A stretch of 64,000 nucleotides of DNA from Antedon mediterranea. Its lineage: Eukaryota > Animalia > Echinodermata. The notes beneath the pieces are model-generated. The model saw only the letters and a list, made by a program, of their open reading frames with translations. It was not told the origin of the DNA and made no database searches. Made by a program: the position numbers and the translations under genes. The number at the start of each line of letters is the position of its first letter. The stretch's first letter is position 1. The stretch lies in contig NC_092675.1 in assembly GCF_964355755.1 (NCBI RefSeq), positions 18,200,912-18,264,911 on the forward strand, in the 5' to 3' direction. Below, in pieces: positions 1 to 12,184 of the stretch.

Positions 1-1
1 A

Positions 2-855
2 GCTCTAATCAAAGCAGGTAAACACATGGAGGATAGTATTGTGGCTTCATATTGTGCTCTGCTCTTAGGCTGTCTACTCAGAAATAACCAGGTATAATGA
101 TATTTATTTGGAAAATAACACATTTGTAACATTGACAGTTGTGTTTAACAGTTTGTCCAAGAAGAATATAAAATAAAATAAACTTAAAACTGACAGATTA
201 TTAAAATGAAATTACCAAATTAAACTTCCAATTTCTAATCTCAATGTCCAAATCTCTACCTTGAACTGAAATCCACTCCGCTACATAGCTAATATTTTGA
301 TAAATACAAAATGTAGATGTTTTCAACATTTGAATTTGTATGCTATAACATTTTATTTTTATTTTAGGCAAATGTTAGGAGTGTTCGTGATATACTACCC
401 AACAATGATTTTGCTTGTATGGTGGAAATGCTCAAAGGCTTTCTGGAGTTCATGGAAATGACGGTAAGTCAATCTAAGTTCTAGTAAGTATAATAATACA
501 TATAAAATTTTAAAAAATGTAGAGAATTCATTATATTAAGAATGTTTTAAATAGGACTATACTATACTCTGACAGATTTCTATACTGTTTACAGTACTAC
601 CTATCCTAGTTACATTAAAAAAAGATCATAATTTAATTGGTCAGCTGTGTTTTAATCTTAGATGGACTATACCATCCAGTAAGGTGCAAGCAATACATTC
701 CCATATCATCATCCCTGCATTATTTGTATTATTAAGACAAATTTGTTGCATTTAAAACATTTTGTTTTTTAATGAATTTTTTTTTTCAGAATGCTGCGGG
801 AAGTTCTGGAAGTAAATCAATATCAAAGATCATAGAAGTGTTTGAACTTCTTTGA
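2..855 (+). CDS. WAPL: 3' end of wings-apart-like cohesin release factor; last three coding exons at 2-91, 368-463 and 790-855 (5'-partial)
   Basis: Spliced translation [30 protein letters not shown]|[32 protein letters not shown]|[21 protein letters not shown] closely resembles the metazoan WAPL C-terminus (AGKHMED.IVASY.ALLLGCL...EMLKKFL.FM...KSIS.VIE). Phase-0 GT-AG introns at 92-367 and 464-789; TGA at 853-855. Confidence 0.92.
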
Positions 856-1316
856 GGTGTTAGGGTGATAACTTCACATTGTATTATAGATAGGATTTTG
901 TTAGGAAAAAAATGTATGTAAGTATATCTGATCATTGATATATGGCACTGCTAATGTTAAAGAGAAGGAGCAATACAAACTTATAGGTATGTACATAAAA
1001 TTCTTTTTAGCCCTGGGTATTGTTATGCCTTCATAGCAATCTATACATACATGACGATTTACAGTCTATTTTGTCAACATGTAATTATGTCCTTTCCAGT
1101 CGATGTTTTAAAATTATATTATCAATTCTTATATATTGTTATGCACTGTGTCAATAATCATTTGATTGGTTGTGGTAATTAAATCAACGATTTTTGTACG
1201 GATTATGTTTGATGATTCAACGCAGTCAACTCTCACTCGTACTGTACAAAAGGTAGCTCTCTCAAAATAAACATTTGGTTGAGATCCCAAGCTTTTGGTA
1301 CTTTTGAAAATGCAAA

Positions 1317-1567
1317 CTAAATGTTAGACTTTGTGTTCCAGTCTACAGCTAAATGCTAGACTTTGTCGTCCAGCCTACTGCTAAATGCTAGACTTTTTAG
1401 TCCAGCCTACAGCTAAATGCTAGACTTTTTAGTCCAGCCTACAGCTAAATGCTAGACTTTTTAGTCCAGCCTACAGCTAAATGCTAGACTTTTTAGTCCA
1501 GCCTACAGCTAAATGCTAGACTTTTTAGTCCAGCCTACAGCTAAATGCTAGACTTTTTAGTCCAGCC
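1317..1567. repeat. 32-bp minisatellite, about 8 copies, in the probable WAPL 3' UTR
   Basis: Unit CCTACAGCTAAATGCTAGACTTTTTAGTCCAG in tandem; the first copies are diverged and the later ones identical. Confidence 0.95.
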
Positions 1568-3013
1568 CAATGCTAATCAGTCTGAAATCAAGAAATTTAA
1601 AAAATGTTTAATTTAGATCAACTTTACTCTATTAATTAAAATTGATTTGAATTATTTACTGCATATGATTTCAAATATTAATGTAAATATATTGTTTATA
1701 ATTGACATTATTTTTGTGTACATTATGAATTAATTTTTTATGATAACCGTAGTAAAATGTTGTTAGTTTATCGGTGCATTCACATTACATAGTATGTTGA
1801 ACCACTGTTGAAATGTAAGGCAAACATAGATTGATTTCTGTGATGGGGAGCTTTCATCTTGTTCCTGAACCCATTGTAAAATATTGGCATTCAGTATTTA
1901 GAGCTTTTGGACAAATTATGTTGGATTTTCACTCGAAATTGAAGCCCGTGAAAATGAACATACAGTATATATATATATATTTTTTGGAAGCTCCATGACA
2001 CCATAGTTACTTCTTTAAGAAGTAAAATGAATTTTATACAATTTGAATAAAATGCATACAATTTCCGAACGTGTACATAGTTTGTATATACCCATTTTGA
2101 CGAAATTACAGATTAACATAAGGATAGAAAATATAGGGAAATATCCTAAAAATAATAATTTCAAAATGTTAGCATTACATGAAAATGCTGTTTATTGAAC
2201 CATTTTGGTTTGCGTACACCCCCCCCCCTCCCCTCTGTTCTCACTGTATAAAGAAATAACTGTTTTGCAAATTATTGTTAACTTGATCATTACAAATACA
2301 ATTATGTGTTTAAAAATTTGGAAGTATATTTAAATTTATAATTTTTATATACAATGCATACAATTATAGATGTGGATAAAATGAACTATTTTGATACAAT
2401 TGATGTAATATCTTTTTAAGGTTTAATGAAACATCACAATTGTTCAATCAATTTGTTGTGAAGCACTACGTTGATATTTTTGATCGATATAAATTATTTG
2501 TTAAAATGAGGCATTGAATTATGAACCTGTAAAGTAGGTATTTTCACATTTGTGTAGAAAAACTAAAATGTAGATGAGATCATTTGTGTAAATTAGTCAC
2601 ATATGTCAACCTCGCAATTTGAAATAAATGATTTTTTTTGTTGACCTAAATATTTTGTGATGTAGCCATGTATTTTTGTTTTATCATATCACATGTTTTC
2701 ACATCTTACGGACGACAGTTGTACTCGGTAAATCATTGATATTTCTGATCGCAGTCATACTTCACACCAGTAGTCGGTATTAACCAAACCGCGAATTGGA
2801 ATTTAAATTCTGAACCTTTTTTTTTGGTTCTGTGTTGCTGATCGTACACAGTGTGTCATTGTTAATACACCGTTTACATCAGCCTGCATTTCTGTTCCCC
2901 AGGTATGACTAGGTTTACTCAATTACACATGGATGTAATATGCCTTTTCCAGATAAATGCGAGATTGTTTGGCTACAATGCGTTGGGGTAGCTTTAACAA
3001 GTAATGCTGAGAT

Positions 3014-3272
3014 GTCCTCGTCAGTGGCCGAGCGGTTAAGACAGTGGAACCGTAATCACGTAGCCATAACATCGGCAGGGGTTCGAGGCTCACTCACTCC
3101 ATGGTTCTGGTACTATAAACCGTAGTCCCAGTGTACACATCTAGCTCGTGTGCACTTTAAACGAGTAGGGGGTTACCCCGGTGTATTAGTACATCACAGC
3201 CACTGATCACCAACTGGGCGCTCTGGGAGACCAGTCTTTGACTGAAGAGGTTACCCAGTATAAATATAAATT
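3014..3272 (+). mobile_element. tRNA-derived SINE
   Basis: Pol III A box TGGCCGAGCGG (3025-3035) and B box GGTTCGAGGC (3080-3089), then a relatively GC-rich non-tRNA body and an AT-rich tail (TATAAATATAAA). No complete cloverleaf. Confidence 0.75.
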
Positions 3273-4004
3273 TCAAAAAAAGTATTCACTGCCATTATTT
3301 CACTCGCACACATATATTGTTTATTTCATGATTTGTCGTTATTAAGGATTGTTATATTTCATTTGGTAATCAGGAACAGGTCAGGTAGACTGATTCTGAG
3401 AAGTATTAAGATTCCTGGACCTCAAATTGAAATGGAAATGAAAAGAAATTATCCTTACAGAATCTCTATAGTGATATTTCAAGCCAATGTCCAGTTTCAA
3501 ATGATGTTTGTATTCTACCTTTCTGAGAGAAGCCCATTTAATTCAGCTATGCATCATATAATAAGCATGTGCTTATAAGAATAATGTATTATGGTTGTTT
3601 ATTCGCGTATGTCATTTTAACATTAAGTCAACATCGTATCATAGAATGTTTTCTCTATTAGATGAAACCAAGTCACATTCGTTTACCTTGGTCAAGATTG
3701 ATTGATTATTGTACTGAAGAAGGTACGACTCGGAATGAGATGAAAAGTATTTTAAAAAAACCATTTAAAATGTCATAAAATTATGAATGGAGTTGTCGAC
3801 GTTACTGACAAAACAGTGCAAATTTGGCTACCTTTACAAAACAGATTAAAACCAAATAGGCCTATGCGTGTTTATTAAATGGAAGCTTTAGAATAGGCCT
3901 ACAGTTATAGGGCCTACATCATCATTCTGTACTGTACACAAAATGTGTATTATTTGGACTGTATGCCTAATAAATGTTCCCGTTATCAAATGCAAAAACA
4001 CAAA

Positions 4005-4090
4005 TACCTAAGCGCAAGTGACCAATCACAAGCGATGGATTATTAGAACTGTCGCGCTTGTCATTGGTTCACTAGCTTAAAGCTTAGTTC
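4005..4090. repeat. Hairpin-type dispersed repeat (MITE-like), copy 1; related copies at about 8572-8680 and 9075-9195
   Basis: Shared core GCAAGTG..GACCAATCACAAGCGA...TCGCTTGT(C/G)ATTGGT forms an internal inverted repeat. The other copies carry GGTTCCCAC and GTGGGAACC ends. Confidence 0.65.
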
Positions 4091-4323
4091 ATCATCATTC
4101 GCGGTACTATATACGTACCATTTATTTGTATCAACAACAAAATAATACAGTATTTCTTTCACAAGAATATTTCTATAAACTTATTTGATACAAAACGGGT
4201 ATGCAATGAGCCGAAGCTCTTAAACGCATTACCCTATAATACAGATATCTAATTAGCAAATAAAACAATAAAAGTACAAATAGAAATAAAAAGTAAAAGT
4301 AACAAAAGTGAACTCTACATGAG

Positions 4324-7260
4324 TTAGTATTTATTTATTAATAGTTGTTGTATTTCCTTTTTAAATTTTCCGATTTTAGTTTCACACTTTATGTTTTCAG
4401 GTAAACGGTTCCAAATATTTGCCCCTCTATAGGCAATACTTCTTTGTCCTATATTTGTTCTTTTTAGAGGAATACGGAAATCACTCTTCTTCCGCGTACC
4501 ATACTCATGTACAGATTCCATTTTTGTAAAAAAAGAGATAAATGAAACTGGTAAATTGCCCATACGGAATTGAAACATAAATACAACAGTGTACTTCTCA
4601 TACAAGTCAAAAATATTCAATAGGTTTTTGTTATAGAATAAATTTGCTGATGGATGCTGATAATGCACTTTACATATAATTCTGATCGCTCGTTTTTGAA
4701 GTATAGGCCTATGTATTCTCTGTAGCTTCGTTGCCCCCGCAACTCCCCAAATAGTTATTGCATATATTAGGTGAGGTAAAATTAACGAGTTGTACATTAT
4801 TAACAAAACATCTGATTGAACAATATATTTAAGTTTGTTCATTACACCAATGACCCTTGCAATTTTCATTGTAATGATATCTATGTGATCATGGAATGTT
4901 ACAAACTCATCAAGAATGACACCTAAGAACTTAATTTTACTAACTCTTTCAATTTCAACATCATTAATAAATAAAGTATAGTTATTGGTATCTTTTTTCT
5001 TATACATGCTTCTAAATTCGATAAACTTGGTCTTCTTTGTATTCAGACTCAATTTGTTTGCAGTAAACCAATCACTTAATTTACTTAATTCTGTATTTAA
5101 AGTGTTAATTAAAAGGTTTATATCTTTGTGCTTAAAAAATACGTTAGTATCGTCAGCAAAAATGACAAATTCTAAATATTTACTACTTTCAACAATGTCA
5201 TTTGTATAAATTATAAAAAGTAACGGCCCAAGAATTGAGCCTTGTGGTACTCCATATTCAATCAGTTTTAATTCTGATTTACAATTTCCCATGTGAACAT
5301 ATTGTTTTCTCATATATAAGTAGCTCTTAAACCATTCAAGAACAATGCCCCGAATACCATAAAATTTGAGTTTTTGTAAGAGAATCTCATGATCTATCGT
5401 ATCAAATGCCTTAGAAAGGTCTAGGAAGACGCCGATACTTATCATTTGTTCATCTATTGCTGAAGTAATTTTTTCTATTGTTTGTGAAAGTGCATGACTC
5501 GTAGAGTGGTTTTTGCGAAAACCAAACTGTGATTTATTAATGATGTTAAGTTTGTCAAGGTATTGAGTCGTTTGATCATACACAACCCTTTCATAAATTT
5601 TAGAAATACAAGGCAAGACTGAAACAGGTCTATAATTTTTTATGTCATTTTCATCGCACAGTTCTGGCAATCTTTAATTCATCTGGAAAGCAACCAGTTG
5701 TCAATGATATATTAACAATATGTTTTATCGGTATTGTTAGGCATTGCGAAAATGGTTTAATATAACGAGCACCAATTCCATCATTACCAGGTGACTTACT
5801 TATATCTAGATTATCAATATATTTCTTAATGTCATGTTCATTTACTGGCCTAATAAACATAGAATTGGCGTAATTGCCAGACATTAACGTTAGTGGATCT
5901 ATTCTATTACTTCTTTTATTTTTTATATCATTTGCTATATTTTTGCCAATATTAATAAAATATGAATTCATTGCTTCTGCTTGATCTTGTTCATTGTTGT
6001 AATAGTTTGTATTTAAGAACATCTTTGACGGTTTTCCCGAATTGTAATTTTTTCCTAATAAATTGTTAATATTTCGCCATGTTTTTTTAGAGTTATTTTT
6101 ATTTTTCTCAAATTCTTCATTCAGGTAATTCGTTTTTTTTAGTCGTATTAGTTCAGTTAATTTATTTCTGTAGTTAGTGTATTTAGATTTTCTATAAAGT
6201 GTTGGATTTTTTCTATACAAACTGTATAGTTTTTCTTTCTTACGAATTGATATTGCAATACCCTCAGTGATCCACGGAGATTTATTTATATTTGCTCTCA
6301 CGTGTATATTTTTTAAGGGAAAGCATTTATATTATCTATCAGTCTATTTAGTGTGTTATGAAAGTTAACGTACGACTCATTTGCATAACAGCTGCTAATT
6401 ACATTCTCCCAGTCTTGCCGTTCTAGTTCAGTTCTGAATAGTTCTTTATTGCGACGGGAGTAGCTACGCTGTAACTTATATTTGTCTTAACCGATTTATT
6501 TATGCAAAAGATAGGATAGTGGTCTGAAATATCCGTATAAATTATTCCTGATTCTATCTGATGATATTGCTGTGAATTCGTAAGAATATTGTCGATTATT
6601 GAAGCTGTGTTTGCTGTTACACGCGTTGGCTTGTTTATGATAGGAATAAAAGAATGTGAGAAAAAGGTATCTGTATGCATCTGTACGTTACTTTCTGTGT
6701 GATTAGCTAAATCAATATTATAATCTCCTACAAGATATGAATCTTTATTTTCACTATTAATAATGTCCATAACTGTACCCAATTGTTCGTTTAGAACATT
6801 TATCCGGGGGTCTGTATATGACTCTATATACAATGTTCTTATTTTGATGTTCAACTTCAACAAATAATGATTCTGATTGATCCATCATAGCCGAGAGATC
6901 TTCTCTTATAGTATAGTATGCATTGTCAGGTAAGTATAATCCAATTCCGCCACCCCTTTTATTATGTCTGTTTTTGTAGATAAATCTGTAATTTGGTAGG
7001 CTATACATATTAGGTATATCATTTTTCGTTAGCCATGTTTCAACTAGAGCTATACAAGAAAATTCTCGGTTTAATGAGGATATAACCTCACTTATGCTAT
7101 CAAACTTGTTTACAATACTCCGACAATTCAGACATAGTATTGAAATAAAATTTTCTCTATCAATATTAAATTTGGAGACAAAATCGTTAACAAGATAGTA
7201 ATTAGTTTCTGTAGTTCCTATTGTTTCATTTTCGTACTCATGTAGACTATTATAAAACAT
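4324..7260 (-). pseudogene. LINE ORF2 (AP endonuclease + reverse transcriptase) broken by at least 4 frameshifts
   Basis: APE motifs LNCRSI, ETWL, RGGGIGLY, IYRPP, GDYNID, PTRVT..IDNI, SDHYPI; KSPWIT; RT motifs KSPGNDG, NYRPVSVL, QFGFRK, DLSKAFD, GVPQGSILGP, FADDT, KFLGV. Frame changes near 6805, 6430, 6330 and 5665. Confidence 0.93.
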
Positions 7261-7610
7261 AACTTAGATGATTATTCCTACTCTATATAATTGTATAGTG
7301 AATAACCTTCTCTGTGATGTATTTAGTCTCGAAAAGACAAGTTAAACGGTAAGTACAAGGTAATAAGAGGTAAGTATAAACATATACATACATACATACG
7401 TAACCCGTAAAGATACATATACCGTACATACATATACAAACACTCATATATGTATATACACATATTATTAACGAGGATATGATTATTAAGGCGTGTAATT
7501 TGATGTGAGTACCTGTGTGGTTTGGTATAAATACAGTGGAGGTACCATGATCTGTCCCATAATCTTAACTAAAATTACTAGTAGACAACTATGACATTAT
7601 ATCAGAGAAG

Positions 7611-8394
7611 TCATTGTTTGTGTATCATGCCATTTATGTATAATTCTCCATTTCTAAATACCGGTTTCCTCCCATCGTTGTATGCCTTAGTCATCACGTC
7701 TCTCAACCTTCTCTTCTCTTGAACGTCCGCCCAAGGTAAGTCTTCTGTTACGAAATAGGTGTGATCCCGTCTCAACAATTGTTTTGCCGATTTTAGTACT
7801 TTATATTTTTGAGGCCTATATAAAAATTTGGCAATAATTTGCCGAGGCTTACCGTTCTGCATTTTACGTCCAGTACGATGTGCATTCTCGATGTCCACTT
7901 TATCATGAATATTCAGCTTGTCTTCAATAAAATGTTTCAGGACCGTAAAAGGATCTTCATCATTATTTTCTTTGATTCCACCAAACCGTAAGTTAAAACT
8001 TCTTGAATACCTTTCAAGTTGTACAATTTCTTGTTTAATCGTTGTTAACGAACATTGGTATCCTTCAACAGTGGATGACAGCGTTTCATTTTCTTCGGTA
8101 AGTTTCTCAATATCCTTCTTGTTTTGATCACTTAATTCTTGGGCAAATAAGATGGATGCCTCCATAGTTTTCTGGATCGATTCAACATTGGTAAGTCGAC
8201 TTTCAACCTTGTCTAATCTCGCCAAGATGGTAACTTGGTTTGCTAGTATAGCGTCAAGCTTCTCATGCATTGTTTGTATTTGGCGCCCGTCGACATCATG
8301 TGCATGATTCGGGATCCTGTGATTCTGTTTGTTTACCTTCGCAACCAGGTGGGCTAGCGTTATCTTTCACATTTTGTTTGTCTTTTCTCGGCAT
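7611..8394 (-). pseudogene. LINE ORF1, L1-ORF1p/Transposase_22-like (coiled coil + RRM + CTD)
   Basis: Heptad-rich segment followed by LERYSRSFNLRFGGIKE...IENAHRTG..KPRQIIAKF...VTEDL..G.LYING. The intact frame is 8270-7611; the probable original start MPRKDKQ at 8394 is in a different frame. Confidence 0.85.
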
Positions 8395-8571
8395 TTCGAT
8401 CAATCAGCGTAAGTATGTTGTTTAACGGTAAGTAACTATTAATTACCTATAGGTTTTCACTGATGTAATCAACAATTGACGATGTTTTTAACTGTATTTT
8501 AAGACTGTTCACAGAGAGAGAGAAATTCGCTTGTTAACGCATTGCAGGTTTGGGATCGTCTTTTCCACCAG

Positions 8572-8680
8572 GGGGGTTCCACATTGGACGCGTCACAACG
8601 ACGTAGGCGCAACGCAAGTGATTTGACCAACCACAGGTGACAGTTCGGATGTCCATCGCGTCGTGATTGGTCAAATTACC
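8572..8680. repeat. Hairpin-type dispersed repeat, copy 2
   Basis: GGTTCCCAC...GCAACGCAAGTGATTTGACCAACCAC...GTGATTGGTCAAATTAC: inverted arms, similar to 4005-4090. Confidence 0.65.
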
Positions 8681-9074
8681 TCACGACTCTTATACTGTAC
8701 AAGGAACAAACACAGTATGTTAACGTCGTTTCACGACGGAAAAAGTTAACCTAACTAGGCCTGTTGGGTTTCTCTGTAAAACATTAAAAGTTTAGAAAGT
8801 AAAGAAATAATTGATATGATAGTTCTACTCATGCATATACGACTGGAAGTGCTCAGCTTTCAGTGTTAAAATGCTATTGGACATTTATGGCGCCTTTCTT
8901 CTCTGACGCGGAAGCGTTTCGTTCACATGAACAAACGTACAACTTGGCAAGAACGAAGTTGTCGAAATTAAATATTGAAAGAGATGATCTCAATATAATG
9001 TCTTATAATGTTTCACTGATGATCATTACTCCGTTAAAATCATTGAAAGTGTGATATAACTGTGGCAGTAGGCC

Positions 9075-9195
9075 AGTAGGAAGCAACACAGATGTAAGGA
9101 GAATGCAAATGATGACCAATCACAATCACTGTCGCTTGTCATTTGTCAACTCGTTTGCGTTGCCTCTACGTCCCTTCGTGGGAACCAAGCGTTAG
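9075..9195. repeat. Hairpin-type dispersed repeat, copy 3
   Basis: TGACCAATCACAA..CTGTCGCTTGTCATTTGTCAA..TTGCGTTGC..GTGGGAACCAAGC. Confidence 0.6.
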
Positions 9196-9650
9196 TTTAA
9201 AAATACAATTACGCAAACGATAATAAATTCAAGATTAATTTAAAACCTGTTTGACGTATAAGTCTGGTCCGAGTCCAAAAACGTAAGGGTTTCAACTGTT
9301 TCAACACTTATAACAGTTTTAATCTTCTAATTGAAAAGAAAAATACACCGGGTGCCCATCTTAACCGGTGAATGGTGACCCCCGAATAGGCTGGTAGTTA
9401 TAAATGGTATATATGGTAGATATTATAATCAATTATTATTTCCCATTGTTTCAAACGCACAATGTAGCGTTTAATTACAGTGCTCGAATCAGGGAGTGGT
9501 ATAGATATATTGAATGGATTACACGCCATTTCCTCCGTATGCATAAATATACAGGTATACATTCCACGTTCCTGCACCCTTCCTGTCTTACAGAAGGATC
9601 TCGGATGTCATATGCTATTCAGAGACGCTCAGGCCCAGTTATAACTAACA

Positions 9651-12039
9651 ATGTCAGTAAAGCAGCTTCCAGGCCCCGCATCCTCTTTTCTGTTCGGTAA
9701 TGTTCTTCAAATCGATGAAAGACCGCATTTATCTTGGACTAAATGGAGCAAGGAATTTGGACCTATCTACAAGCTCAGCTTTGGACCAATGGGAGATGTG
9801 GTTGTACTTAGCGGTGCTAGCCAACTTTCTAAGGCGTTTGAACCTGGTTCAGACTACGACTTGGCGTTCAGTAACAGGTTTAGATCACCATTGTTTGATA
9901 AGATTGGAACGGTGGGTTAGTAGCCACTCTTTTTCTTAAATTATCTTAAATTAATCACAATATATTTGCTTATTAATTAAATTTTAACAATTTTTTTGTT
10001 GTTGATTATGCCATTTTAATGTCACATAAAAGTTATTGACTTCGACCAAAATTGGATCGAAAAAAAATGATTTACCTGAAAAAAAAAATTGTCAAATTGG
10101 CTGCCAGTCAATGGATTTTTGGTTGAATTTAACCATTTATCATGTTATTTTATAAGTAAAAACATTATTTTTCCGAGTTTTTTTGTACGGAAGTGATTCG
10201 CTTTATTAAAACTAAAAAATAACCTATTCCAAGTCTGATTTAGGCCTAAATAATCTTCATTTTTCATGTTTTTAGGGGACAATACATCTTCAAATATTAT
10301 TTGCCAAACTAGACCTAATTTCTACAAAATATTATATTATGTAATAATTGAATAGTAATCAATTGAATACTATACCAATCAATTATTATTATTAGGAAGT
10401 ATCACGTTTGAAGACTGGTTTGATGGAGCAAAAGATAGAAGACGACTTTTACAAGAAGTTATCAAAGCTATGGATTTCGAAAGACTCCTCCAGAAGGAAT
10501 TGAATGCTGTCAGTGACGTCTTACTCAAGAACAAACAGGTCAATATTTGTGATGTCATCAATCAAGCTACTTCCAATATCATTCTCACACTGACACTAAA
10601 CCGAGGTGATCGTTTTCAATATACAGATGTTAAATTTCAAACTTTGATCAAAGTCATTGATGACTGTTGTGGGTTACCAATGTTAGGATCCCCGATTAAT
10701 GTAATGCAGTGCCTCTGGCACACACCCCTTTCCAGTAAAATTCGCCGAAGTTTCTCTTGCTTAAACGCAGCTATCCAGCCATACATCGACGCACATCGTG
10801 CCGAATTCAACAAAGATAAAATTCGTGACCTCATTGATGGTTATATAGGAGGCGTTGGAGATACGTCGTTTGATGTACAAGAAGTTATATGTAACATTTT
10901 TCACATTTATCCATCATCCTGTTCTCTACGGGCAACAATGCAGTGGCTTATTCTGTTCATCGCTGGTAACGAGGATGTTCAAATAAAGGTATGCCTCTTC
11001 ACAATTACAAAATTATTGTTTTGGTGACTGCAGTAAATTGTACCCGTGACCATACCAACATATCTGATTCTGCAGTTGTCATTAGGCAGATTCTAACTGA
11101 CTATTGACAGTCGTCTAGATAAGAGTCTACGTGTAGTTGGCTGGTCATCTCTTTTGAATGAATGTATAAAGGTCTTCTAATTACCTTTTTTAAAGATTCA
11201 AGCTGAAATTGATAGTGTTTTGACGGATGTTGGTAATGAAGATTATATAGACGTTATAAGCAACAAGATGCCGTACATGAATGCAGTGATCAAGGTAACT
11301 CTCATTAAAGCCATAACTCTTACTGAATAAGCATATATAGCTTTAACAGTCCTTTTAATATACGTATGTTTGTACCAATGAATCATGGCCCACTTCTCAA
11401 CTTTACTTGATAAGAGTTTATGGGTCCAATAACTTTTACCGTATTCATTTTCCATGCAGGAATCTATGCGACTAGGTACCTCAGTATGTCAGTTGGCACC
11501 ACATTGTACAATGACAGACGTAAACTTTGAGGGATACAGGATTAAAAAAGACACCACTATCATAGCAAACCTTTATGGTCCTAATCACGATCCAGATACT
11601 TGGTCGGATCCGTTTGCATTCAAACCAGAACGATGGTTGAATAACGACAACTTACCTCCTTTCATGCCCTTTGGATCAGGTAGGCTAATCAACCGACTTG
11701 CCGAATAACGTATTCGGCATGCAAATGTATAGTATGAGGGAGAAATATTGATTCCCGCTCTCATAGTACCGTATACGTATCGGGCGTAGGCTTATGCTTT
11801 TGCCTACTTGTGGAATAAGAAACATACATACATTGTATTTATCTCTTTTTGCAGGTAAAAGGAAATGTCCAGCATCGTCTATTTCCATGAATGCACTGCG
11901 CATGCTCATCGTTACACTTTGTCTAAGGTTTAATCTGAAAGGCGTTGAAGGAGAAAAGCTACCGGGAGTGGATGACAGCTTTATTATGAATGCCATCAAC
12001 CATCCAAAACAATTTAACATTGTTGCTACAACTAGATAA
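9651..12039 (+). CDS. Cytochrome P450, clan-2-like, atypical; exons 9651-9915, 10396-10988, 11196-11294, 11460-11679 and 11855-12039 (453 aa)
   Basis: LPGP..LFGN proline-rich start, FGPIYKL, AFSNR, KIRDLIDGY, VQIK|IQAEID, MPYMNAVIK|ESMR (ExxR), FKPERW, and heme motif FGSG|KRKCPA. All four introns are GT-AG with compatible phases (1,0,0,1); 1362 nt with no internal stop. Confidence 0.92.
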
Positions 12040-12184
12040 GTCTATATTAATGGTGTAAATGTTCAATTAGCCATCCTTCGTTTCACGATTCGCACAGGAT
12101 GCGCAGAATGATTTTGACTCGACAACTTCAAAGCCGAGTGTCGCGTCGTGAAAACGAAAAATCGCGTAATTAGGCCCTATACTA

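Larger units (their letters stand above)
4121..8520 (-). mobile_element. Near full-length non-LTR retrotransposon of the CR1/L2 group (Crack/Daphne/Kiri-like), inactivated by frameshifts
   Basis: ORF1 followed by ORF2 (APE + RT) on the minus strand. The 3' UTR has a stem-loop at 4197-4234 and ends in ...TACAAATAAA near 4121. The 5' boundary is approximate and no TSD was recognised. Confidence 0.9.

Noticed and set aside
1317-1567. 32-bp repeats (and the 31-bp array at 41396) as a CRISPR array
   Set aside because: The units are directly tandem with no unique spacers, there are no cas genes, and the context is eukaryotic.
3014-3100. tRNA gene
   Set aside because: A and B boxes are present, but no acceptor or anticodon stems can be built and a SINE-like body follows.
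11685-12020. Antisense ORFs over the CYP and LINE sequences (also 4985, 7918, 10379, 10637, 32147)
   Set aside because: Shadow frames of real coding sequence.
12105-12150. SECIS element in the CYP 3' UTR
   Set aside because: ATGA...AA is present, but the core stem and GA quartet cannot be formed and the CYP has no in-frame TGA.
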